Below are positions 32,107 through 40,349 of a stretch of 64,000 nt of DNA, in pieces (position 1 is the stretch's first letter; every line of letters begins with the position of its first letter). Origin of the DNA: Nitrosopumilus sp. (GTDB lineage: Archaea; Thermoproteota; Nitrososphaeria; Nitrososphaerales; Nitrosopumilaceae); contig OZ244650.1 in NCBI GenBank assembly GCA_965218785.1, forward strand, positions 1,056,001 to 1,120,000, in the 5' to 3' direction. Under the pieces are notes generated by a model. That model had not been told where the DNA came from. It searched no databases and saw only the letters and a list, made by a program, of their open reading frames with translations. A program made the position numbers and the translations under genes.

Positions 32107-32528
32107 TGGCAAAACAGGCAGGAAAGGGAGTCGGGGAGTTCCGTCCATATGTAACCAAGGTGATTCCGGTGGGCGCACAGATTGTATGTGCCGATAACTC
32201 CGGCGCCAAGATACTCGAGGTAATCAACGTTCCAAGACACAAAACCCGCGCATCAAGGCTGCCATCGGCATCAGTGGGGGACTTCTGCAACGTGGTGGTA
32301 AAAAAGGGACCTGCAGAACTAAGAAAGCAGGTGCACGGCGCGGTTATAATCAGACAAAAGTATGCAGTTCGCAGGTTAAACGGTGTAAGGGTCTGCTTTG
32401 AGGATAACGCGGCGGTTCTGATTACTCCAGAGGGGGAGACGCGCGGGACTGACATTAAAGGACCAGTTGCAGCAGAGGCTTCAGAGAAATGGCCAAGGGT
32501 AGCCAACCTGGCATCGATGGTGGTATGA
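32106..32528 (+). CDS. rpl14: 50S ribosomal protein L14
   Basis: ADNSGAK, FEDNAAV, IKGPVA; ATG at 32106. Confidence 0.96.
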   Translation: MAKQAGKGVGEFRPYVTKVIPVGAQIVCADNSGAKILEVINVPRHKTRASRLPSASVGDFCNVVVKKGPAELRKQVHGAVIIRQKYAVRRLNGVRVCFEDNAAVLITPEGETRGTDIKGPVAAEASEKWPRVANLASMVV

Positions 32529-32532
32529 AAAG

Positions 32533-33120
32533 ATGAAACCAAGCAAGATGCGCAACCGGATGATTCACGCTGCAACATACCAGGTAAAAAGCAAGCAGCT
32601 GGGAAGCGCGTTATCAAAGGATTTACATAGAAAATACGGAAAGCGGAGTGTCAGGGTGGTGTCAGGGGACGGCATAACCATTCTCAGGGGCGAGTTCAAG
32701 GGGGTTGATGGCAAGGTCTCAAAGGTATCCATACAAAAAAGCAGCGTGGCAATAGAGGGTGTAAAGAAGGAAAAGACAAAGGGGGACAAGTTTGATGTGT
32801 ATATTCATACCTCAAACATACTAGTTACATCGCTGAACTCCGAGGACCGGTGGAGGATTCTAAAGCTGGAGGGCAGTGATCCAAAAAAACAGTCCAAAAA
32901 ACCAAAGACCGCAGAGAAAAAGGCAGAAGAGACGCCTAAAGATGCAAAGGTAGAGGGAACACCAAAACAGGAGGCTCCAAAGCAGACGCCTAAAGAAACA
33001 AAGGTAGAGGGAACACCAAAGCAGGCACCAAAAGAAACAAAGACAGAAGAGGCTCCAAAGCAGGCTCCTAAAGAAACAAAAGAGGAGAAAAAAGCAGAAA
33101 AAAGAGAGGTTGAAGACTAG
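32533..33120 (+). CDS. rpl24: 50S ribosomal protein L24 with a repetitive charged tail
   Basis: LSKDL, GD..RGEFKG, IHTSN; tail has PKQ/PKE repeats. Confidence 0.94.
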   Translation: MKPSKMRNRMIHAATYQVKSKQLGSALSKDLHRKYGKRSVRVVSGDGITILRGEFKGVDGKVSKVSIQKSSVAIEGVKKEKTKGDKFDVYIHTSNILVTSLNSEDRWRILKLEGSDPKKQSKKPKTAEKKAEETPKDAKVEGTPKQEAPKQTPKETKVEGTPKQAPKETKTEEAPKQAPKETKEEKKAEKREVED

Positions 33121-33836
33121 TGGTAAGCATATCTGGAAGTAAAAAACTAAAGCGGCAGATGGCCCCGCAGTTTTGGGGAATCAGCAGAAAGAACAAGAGG
33201 TTTGTAATTACAGTAAGACCTGGTCCGCACAAGAAAAACCACGCAATACCCACTGCGGTATTTCTAAGGGACATGCTCAAGATTGTCACAACCCTAAGAG
33301 AGGCAAAAACCTCGATATACTCTGGAAAGATAAAAATCGACGGCGTTGTACGAAAATCACTTCATCATGCAATCGGCCTGATGGATGTGGTAGAACTTGA
33401 AAACGTTTCAGAGATTTACCGCCTGGTTCCATCAGAGGACAAGCTGCTAAAACCAATCAAGATCAACGAATCAGAAAAGACAAAAAAACTCGTCAGGGTA
33501 ATCAGCAAGACTACAATCAGCAACGGAAAGATGCAGATTGGATTTCATGACGGACGCTCTACAATTTCAGATGTCAAGGTAAACGTCGGAGATACCTGTC
33601 TGATGCAGGTACCGGAACAAAAAATTATTGAAACACTAAAGCTAGAGGCAGGATGCCAGTGTCTGGTGACACGTGGCGTCAATGCAGGACAGACAGGCAA
33701 GGTAGAAAGTATCGAGGCTGGAACATTCATTCTTCCAAAAAGGGTGGTTCTGATACTAGGTGAGAAAAAGATCGAGATACCATCAGATATCATAATGCCA
33801 ATAGGAAAAAAGGAGCCTGTAATTCAATTAAAGTGA
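33120..33836 (+). CDS. rps4e: 30S ribosomal protein S4e
   Basis: LKRQMAP, PGPH, IGLMDV, HDGR. Confidence 0.95.
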   Translation: MVSISGSKKLKRQMAPQFWGISRKNKRFVITVRPGPHKKNHAIPTAVFLRDMLKIVTTLREAKTSIYSGKIKIDGVVRKSLHHAIGLMDVVELENVSEIYRLVPSEDKLLKPIKINESEKTKKLVRVISKTTISNGKMQIGFHDGRSTISDVKVNVGDTCLMQVPEQKIIETLKLEAGCQCLVTRGVNAGQTGKVESIEAGTFILPKRVVLILGEKKIEIPSDIIMPIGKKEPVIQLK

Positions 33837-33840
33837 TAGC

Positions 33841-34362
33841 ATGTCCCAGACAACAGAATCTCCAATGAGGAAAATCATCCTAGAAAAAGTGGTCTTGAAC
33901 ATGGGTGTTGGCAAGTCCGGGGATGCAATAGATATTGCAAAAAAGGCGCTGGATCAAATCTCTGGAAGAAAATCATGTTCGCGTAATGCAAGGGAGACAC
34001 AAAGGGACTGGGGAATCAGAAAGGGCGAACCAATAGGCGTATCAGTAACAATCCGCGGCGAGGATGGCAAAGCGCTGCTAAAGCGGCTGCTTGAGGCAAA
34101 GGGGAACACAGTCAACGAAAAGTCATTTGATAATTTTGGAAACTATTCGTTTGGAATCAAGGAGCACATTGACATTCCGGATGTAAAATATGATCCACAC
34201 ATTGGAATTCTGGGACTGGGAGTTTCAGTCGCACTGGCCAGACCCGGATACGGCATCAGAAAAAGAAGCAAGCACAAGGCAAGCGTTGGCAAGTCGCACG
34301 TCATTAAAAACCAGGAAGCAAAGGATTATCTAGCAAAAGAATTCGGAGTGACTGTATCATAA
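33841..34362 (+). CDS. rpl5: 50S ribosomal protein L5
   Basis: EKVVLNMG, GIRKGEPIG, FGIKEHI, RPG. Confidence 0.96.
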   Translation: MSQTTESPMRKIILEKVVLNMGVGKSGDAIDIAKKALDQISGRKSCSRNARETQRDWGIRKGEPIGVSVTIRGEDGKALLKRLLEAKGNTVNEKSFDNFGNYSFGIKEHIDIPDVKYDPHIGILGLGVSVALARPGYGIRKRSKHKASVGKSHVIKNQEAKDYLAKEFGVTVS

Positions 34363-34541
34363 TGGTAAAAGATAGATCATACGAATTTACTGGAAGAAAA
34401 AAGCACGACTTTGGCAGGGGTTCTAGATGGTGTAAAAGATGCGGGGATTACACGGCAGTAATACAGAAATACGATCTAATGATATGCAGAAGATGCTTCA
34501 GGGAAGTAGCCACGTCGCTGGGATTCAGGAAAAACAAGTGA
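34362..34541 (+). CDS. rps14: 30S ribosomal protein S14
   Basis: Hand translation: GRGSRWCKRCG...IQKYDLMICRRCFRE...GFRK. Confidence 0.95.
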   Translation: MVKDRSYEFTGRKKHDFGRGSRWCKRCGDYTAVIQKYDLMICRRCFREVATSLGFRKNK

Positions 34542-34545
34542 TATA

Positions 34546-34938
34546 ATGCCTGCAACTAACATCCTAGCAAACCTGTTTGTAACGCTATACAACAACGAGG
34601 CTAGAAGAAAAAACAAGTGTACGATACTGCCAACCTCAAAACTTGGGATCGAGGTGCTAAAGACGCTGCAAAAAGACGGGTACATCGGCGAGTTTGAGCA
34701 CATCGACGACAAGAGAGGCGGAAAGTTCAAGATAAACCTGCTGGCCAAGATAACAAAATGCGGGACCATATCCCCGAGATTCAAGGTAAAAAACGACGAG
34801 TTCAACAGCTGGGAGCAGCAGTATCTGCCCGCATACGACAGGGGGATGCTGCTAGTTACTACAAACCAGGGTGTGATGTCCCATCACGAGGCAGTAAAGA
34901 AGGGAATAGGAGGATTTTTGATAGGGTATGTTTACTGA
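34546..34938 (+). CDS. rps8: 30S ribosomal protein S8
   Basis: GYIGEFE, ISPRF, TTNQGVMSH. Confidence 0.96.
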   Translation: MPATNILANLFVTLYNNEARRKNKCTILPTSKLGIEVLKTLQKDGYIGEFEHIDDKRGGKFKINLLAKITKCGTISPRFKVKNDEFNSWEQQYLPAYDRGMLLVTTNQGVMSHHEAVKKGIGGFLIGYVY

Positions 34939-35491
34939 TCAGATTGAAAAATTCCAGGAGGAGATAACTGTTCCAGAGGGAGTCAAGGTCACGCAAAAAA
35001 AACACATGTTAAAGTTCGAGGGACCGCTAGGCAAGACCTACAAAAGCTTTCGTGATATTCCGTTAAAGGTGGAGATAAAGGATGACAAGATACTGCTAAA
35101 GACAATGGGTTTTAGAAAAAGGGATTATTCCATACTGCACACTGCAAGATCAATCGTCAGGAACATCTGTGAGGGGCTGGTGGAGGGATATACCATAAAG
35201 ATGAAGGTCGTCTTTGCACACTTTCCAATTACAGTCAAGGTGGCAGGGAATATAATTCTCATTGAGAATTTTCAAGGTGAGCGCGCGCCAAGAAAGACGC
35301 ACGTTGTCGGCAATACAAAGGTGATTCCAAAGGGTGATGACGTGCTGCTTACAGGCCAGGTTTGGACGGACATTACACAGACTGCGGCAAACATTGAATT
35401 AAAAACCAAGGTAAAGGGAAAGGATCACAGGGTCTTCCTTGACGGCATCTACGTCTATGAAAAGAAAAAGGGCATAGAAAAACAGGCCTAG
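34928..35491 (+). CDS. rpl6: 50S ribosomal protein L6
   Basis: GPLG, AHFP, NFQGE, DHRVFLDGIY. Confidence 0.96.
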   Translation: MFTDQIEKFQEEITVPEGVKVTQKKHMLKFEGPLGKTYKSFRDIPLKVEIKDDKILLKTMGFRKRDYSILHTARSIVRNICEGLVEGYTIKMKVVFAHFPITVKVAGNIILIENFQGERAPRKTHVVGNTKVIPKGDDVLLTGQVWTDITQTAANIELKTKVKGKDHRVFLDGIYVYEKKKGIEKQA

Positions 35492-35497
35492 TATTAC

Positions 35498-35785
35498 ATG
35501 ACTCTTGATCCCGAGTTTGCAAGACAGACGACAGATTTGATCATAAAGACGCTGGAGTTATACCAGAAATCCGGGGCGTCCCCCAGGGTCGGCAAGATAT
35601 GGAGCTGCTCGAGTATCGGTGATTTTTTGTGCGGGTTTTTCGTAGGGGAGATGGTGGGATCGGCGTTGAGCGCGTTTCAGATTGTCCACAAGAGGGAGCC
35701 TACCTCAGAGGAGCATCTGGAGATTATCGAGTTGGTAGAGGAGCACTCAGCAGAGATCAAGGAATTTTTTTCAAGGTTCAATTAA
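35498..35785 (+). CDS. Hypothetical protein
   Basis: 95-aa ORF 6 bp downstream of rpl6. Confidence 0.7.
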   Translation: MTLDPEFARQTTDLIIKTLELYQKSGASPRVGKIWSCSSIGDFLCGFFVGEMVGSALSAFQIVHKREPTSEEHLEIIELVEEHSAEIKEFFSRFN

Positions 35786-35851
35786 CTGCCGAATTCGATC
35801 TTTTTGTTTAGTCGCAAGGATTAAATCACTTTTACCAACGTACAAAGTGTT

Positions 35852-35925
35852 GCCGCCCTAGCTCAGCGTGGTAGAGCATCCGACTGTTAATCGGACGGTC
35901 GTCAGTTCAAGTCTGATGGGCGGCG
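35852..35925 (+). tRNA. tRNA-Asn(GTT)
   Basis: Acceptor stem GCCGCCC/GGGCGGC, TAGCTCAG..TGGTAGAGC D arm, TCCGA-CTGTTAA-TCGGA anticodon arm, GTTCAAG T loop; no encoded CCA. Confidence 0.97.
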
Positions 35926-36112
35926 CCTCCTTATATCACAGTTGATGCCCGGGTGATCCTGCCTGTTTTCACGATTTTTGCCTGTTTTGGCATAATGTCC
36001 AATCCTGTATCCTCCGAGAATTCCGCCGGATCTGCCTTTCTATGGATGCCTGTTAATACCGGATTCAGACGCCAACCTAAAACTTATAATGTATTACTTT
36101 TCAAGTAAAAAG

Positions 36113-37396
36113 ATGAATGGGTACAAATTCGCACCATTACTTGCAGTTCTTCTTCTTGTTCCTATAATGTCCGCATCAGCCGCATCGTATGATTCCCCCT
36201 TAAAACAGTCAGCAAGCATGTCAGCAGAGATGGTTCAGTGTAATTACGGACTAGAGTTGATCATAAAAAGCTCCAACGGATCTCCTGTATGTGTAAAGCC
36301 TGACACAAAAGCAGTGTTAATTGAACGTGGATGGGCCACAGCGGGACCAGAACGTGATATGATGATGATGGATGATAAAATGATGATGGATGATGATAAA
36401 ATGATGATGGATGATGATAAAATGATGATGGATGATGATAAAATGATGATGGATGATGATAAAATGATGATGGATGATGATAAAATGATGATGGATGATG
36501 ATAAAATGATGATGGATGATGAAATGATGATGAACGACAACGAAGGTGACAGCATGGACGCAGATACCAGCATGATAGACGACTTTGATACAGATGTTGA
36601 TCCCGGTGAAATAGACGATTCCCAAGACGGGGCAGCAATGAATGGTGAGTCCATGTCAACTTCTATGGGAAGTGGTGATACCGAAATGACAGCAGTAGAG
36701 TTTGCCCTGACAGAAGAAGAAATGACATGGCTTGATGAGAACCAGATAAGGGTGGTATATGATAAAACATGGGAGCCAATAGAGTACCAAAACGATGATG
36801 GTGAAATTGCAGGTCTTTCAGCTGCATACATTGCAAAGTTTACAGAACTTTTGGGATCATCAGAATTTGAAATTATTCACGTTGAGAACTGGACTGCAGT
36901 ACTGGCAGACATCCAAGATAATGAAGCAGATATCGTCATGATGGTTGCAAGTACCGCTGACCGTGAAGAATACATGAGTTTTACGACACCACATACGATA
37001 ATTCCAGTACACATGATTACTGCAACAGATAAGAAAATCAGTCCAGACGAACTTGTAGGACTTGAGGTAATCACAATCGAAGGTTATGCCACAGAGGCAT
37101 GGCTTGATGAGAACCACTCTAATGTCACATACAGATCAGTGCCCGATATTACCAAGGCAATTGACGAGATCGCATCCGGAGGCAACAAAGTGTTTATCGA
37201 AGCATTTCCAATTGCATCATATCACGCAGGAAAGGCAGGCACCACAGTATACAACGCAGGTGAACTAGGATACGAGTACGACCTCTCAGTAGGTTATAGC
37301 AATGAAACACCAATTATCGGCGCCATCCTAGAAAAGGCACTAGCATCAATTTCAGAGCAGCAAAAAGAAATGATGCTTTCAGAAATCCTCCAGTAA
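36113..37396 (+). CDS. Secreted solute-binding protein (family 3, BvgS/EvgS-like Venus-flytrap domain) with a Met/Asp repeat linker
   Basis: Signal peptide; LTEEEMTWL...WEPIEY...GEIAGLS...TADREEYMSFTTP. Confidence 0.8.
   Translation: MNGYKFAPLLAVLLLVPIMSASAASYDSPLKQSASMSAEMVQCNYGLELIIKSSNGSPVCVKPDTKAVLIERGWATAGPERDMMMMDDKMMMDDDKMMMDDDKMMMDDDKMMMDDDKMMMDDDKMMMDDDKMMMDDEMMMNDNEGDSMDADTSMIDDFDTDVDPGEIDDSQDGAAMNGESMSTSMGSGDTEMTAVEFALTEEEMTWLDENQIRVVYDKTWEPIEYQNDDGEIAGLSAAYIAKFTELLGSSEFEIIHVENWTAVLADIQDNEADIVMMVASTADREEYMSFTTPHTIIPVHMITATDKKISPDELVGLEVITIEGYATEAWLDENHSNVTYRSVPDITKAIDEIASGGNKVFIEAFPIASYHAGKAGTTVYNAGELGYEYDLSVGYSNETPIIGAILEKALASISEQQKEMMLSEILQ
36359..36532 (+). repeat. 21-bp coding tandem repeat ATGATGATGGATGATGATAAA (MMMDDDK)
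   Basis: Six perfect copies at 36380-36505 plus degenerate flanking units. Confidence 0.97.
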
Positions 37397-37483
37397 TATA
37401 GCCACACCAATAGAATCAGCATCATATAGTTTACTATACAGTTTTACACACATGATTTGGCAGTTTAAAAGAGCAGACCAATA

Positions 37484-38317
37484 TTAGATGGTAAAGTCGC
37501 ACACACGTATCCATCCGCTTCTCTCAGTTGGAAAGACGGTATTTTTGGACGTCCTGCGTTTCTCCATCTCCATCATTCCGTAATGCCGAATCATCCTCCC
37601 GCCAAGATTCCCGACGTGTGATTCGATGCCGCCTGCATCATACCGCGCTATCCCGTCTAGCTCAGAGTCAGCTTCAATCAAGTCAAAGGGGTATTCTGCC
37701 ACAGATACGCGCTCATCCTGAATATCCTTGTTTGGAACCAGATATTCCAGGATTACCCGGTTTTGCTTGGATGTAGAACCAAACCCGTTGATTACCGACC
37801 AGAGGGTGTTCTCTGAAAGATAGTATGATATTCCCTCAAAGATGGCAAGTGACGGGGCATCAACGTCCCATCCATGCTTGACTAGAGCAGCCATCACGTC
37901 TGCTGATCCCGATATGTCCTGCTCGATGCACCTGATACGATCTCCCAGCAGCGAGTCGACAGACCCGATGATCCGGTTTTTCTCATCCATGTTTGCCACA
38001 TCCACCTCAAAGAACCGGCAGTCCCCAAAACGGGATGCCGCCTCCAGTGATAACGCGTCAAATCCGGCGCCAAACACTGCCACCTGTGTTATTCCGTCTC
38101 TGATGGCATCATCAGTCATTTCAAGGATGCAGGTCTTTCTGTTTTTAATTACATCCGGATAATGAGGCCAGAACCCCATGCATTTTGCATACATCTCCCG
38201 TCCGGATTCCAGATTCAGTGTATCAAGATATCTTTTTGCGGCTTTGCTGGTGTGCACTTTGTCTGTGGCCATCAGCAATACCAGGGCGGAGGTAGATGAG
38301 ATGTTTTGTATCCTCAA
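37484..38317 (-). CDS. Class I SAM-dependent methyltransferase (leucine carboxyl methyltransferase-like)
   Basis: QVAVFGAGFD, FEVD, IFEGISYYL. Confidence 0.82.
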   Translation of the reverse strand: MRIQNISSTSALVLLMATDKVHTSKAAKRYLDTLNLESGREMYAKCMGFWPHYPDVIKNRKTCILEMTDDAIRDGITQVAVFGAGFDALSLEAASRFGDCRFFEVDVANMDEKNRIIGSVDSLLGDRIRCIEQDISGSADVMAALVKHGWDVDAPSLAIFEGISYYLSENTLWSVINGFGSTSKQNRVILEYLVPNKDIQDERVSVAEYPFDLIEADSELDGIARYDAGGIESHVGNLGGRMIRHYGMMEMEKRRTSKNTVFPTERSGWIRVCDFTI

Positions 38318-38628
38318 TGAAACGGCATTACATCCTTTACACTTAAACCTTGCAAGTGCAAATTTGTCCCGGATTTGATGCCAGCCATATCAAATACGAT
38401 ACGAATACTTGAGTTTCGGGGATTTGACGAGGAAGAAGAGATGTTTTTCCAGATATGTTCAAGAATTAAAATATGCATGATGAGACTGTTGATATCCCAA
38501 TCAAAAGTCGTTAATTTTAGCGCGTCACAAATGCAGATACTTTTCTTGCAGGTTTTACAGACGGACAAATCAACAGTAACTGCCAAACCACAGGTAAATA
38601 TTAAATAATAATCAAACCGTTTTTTAAT

Positions 38629-39108
38629 ATGAAGGCATTGGGAATAATCGCCATAATTTTAGTTTCCCTTGTCTTGTTAATAGCGGGAGGTTTTTTTTAT
38701 GTAGCGTATGAAGGATACAGTTATGCCTACTGGGGAGGATACCAGCAGTATGCCGAAGATTTTAAAAAGTTACCCGAGGTTCAACTGTTTTATGAGAAAC
38801 ATCCCACCGCAAAATCCAGGCTAAGTACGTCTGAAACCCTGTCTTATTTTGCCACCAACGACAAGTATTGTGGCAGCCCTCAAGGACTTCACGCTGGAAT
38901 GTCTAAAATCCGGCCTTGTTTTGGCACCAACGACGAAGATTGGGGCACATACATAGAATTTGAAATATTTCACGACCAACATGAAGTCAAAAGATTCAAT
39001 ATTCGTTGCGATCCCGTTTATAGAACTGGAACTGGTACTTACTTTATAACAGAAAATATCCTGGACTATTTACAAAACTACGACTGCCTTGAAGACAAGT
39101 ATCCGTAG
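38629..39108 (+). CDS. Membrane-anchored hypothetical protein
   Basis: N-terminal TM segment; 4 Cys in the soluble domain. Confidence 0.7.
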   Translation: MKALGIIAIILVSLVLLIAGGFFYVAYEGYSYAYWGGYQQYAEDFKKLPEVQLFYEKHPTAKSRLSTSETLSYFATNDKYCGSPQGLHAGMSKIRPCFGTNDEDWGTYIEFEIFHDQHEVKRFNIRCDPVYRTGTGTYFITENILDYLQNYDCLEDKYP

Positions 39109-39451
39109 CGGAATTCTTCCTGACCATCTAAGGAAAAGGCACCAGTCCAGAAAAGTTGTAGTTCGGAGATAAATCGGCAACATGTTATATTGATTAGATA
39201 GATTTAGCCATACTCGAATCCTCTGAATCAACGGTATGGTTCAGGGGCTCATTGGTATGGTCCCCCACTAATATGACTATAGGTCTTTAATCAGATCCCA
39301 ACACAATCAAAGATTAATTTCCATCAAAAATGAATCTGATGGGTTTTCTGCAGGTCCGGCGTGTGTAGGAACCGGCAGTTTTTGAGTAATATCTGCCACA
39401 TCCTCCTTTCAGATAATCTTCATATATGATGAAGACGCTATACTGACAAGA

Positions 39452-40171
39452 ATGAACACCATGCAAAAAACAACAAAGACGGTATTGTTTGCATCTTTGA
39501 TGGCGTCTTTATTGTTTACATCTGCAGGAATACACGCCGCAACGGCTGATAATAACGACATAGAGTCTGATGAGCAGCTGTTAAAGAAAAAGATCGATGA
39601 GATTGTTGGTAAAATTACCTTATTACACATAGAAAATGACAAGCTTGAAAAGCTAAAGCACATTCCAAACATCAAAAAAATTATTGATTACAATGAAAAG
39701 ACAATAAACGAGCTGTTTGCACAGTTAGACATCATATCTCCGCCGATTCCAACAGTCGAAATACCAGAAGAAACCAAAACACAGATGAACTCTGCAATAG
39801 CCGCCCTAATTCAAAGCGGTTTGCCGGTGTATGCACTTGGAATTAATACTGAAACGGGAAATTTGGATATCAATGTGGAATCTCAAACCAACGTTGATGC
39901 GGATATCAGGGCAATTACAGGCAACCTGCCAATCAGTATAAAGTACGGTGTGAACACATTCGAGTTTCAGGGATCCGGTGGTGTGGCAGCACCAGATACG
40001 GCGACAAACTTTGAGAATCCCAACTGCAGGGATATCCACGTTTACGTAGAAAGCCCAAGCGGCAAGTTTGCCTGCATAAAAGAGAGCACGGCTGAAAAAT
40101 TTGGATGGCACATAATTGCAACTAGCAAGTTTACCACAGATGAGATGCCGTTGCATGACTCTGAACACTAA
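39452..40171 (+). CDS. Secreted hypothetical protein
   Basis: KTTKTVLFAS-type signal peptide, coiled coil, C-terminal C...SPSGKFACIK...GW motif. Confidence 0.7.
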   Translation: MNTMQKTTKTVLFASLMASLLFTSAGIHAATADNNDIESDEQLLKKKIDEIVGKITLLHIENDKLEKLKHIPNIKKIIDYNEKTINELFAQLDIISPPIPTVEIPEETKTQMNSAIAALIQSGLPVYALGINTETGNLDINVESQTNVDADIRAITGNLPISIKYGVNTFEFQGSGGVAAPDTATNFENPNCRDIHVYVESPSGKFACIKESTAEKFGWHIIATSKFTTDEMPLHDSEH

Positions 40172-40349
40172 ACATGAAAACACGGCATAATACAAGCCAC
40201 CCAAATCCAGTATAAAGTAATGAACTTTATCTAGAAAAACACGGATTTTTTATAGTATACAATATTACGAAATCGTATATTCAAAGATAGGCACGATATG
40301 ACCATAAAGCAAGAAAAAGTCTTAAATTCTAGATTTAAGTTCTTTTAGT

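Noticed and set aside
36244-36831. Antisense ORFs with poly-His or SSSIIIL repeats
   Set aside because: These are shadows of the MMMDDDK repeat on the opposite strand.
39330-39345. TCTGATGGG as an att duplicate of the tRNA-Asn 3' end
   Set aside because: Only 9 bp match, which is compatible with chance.
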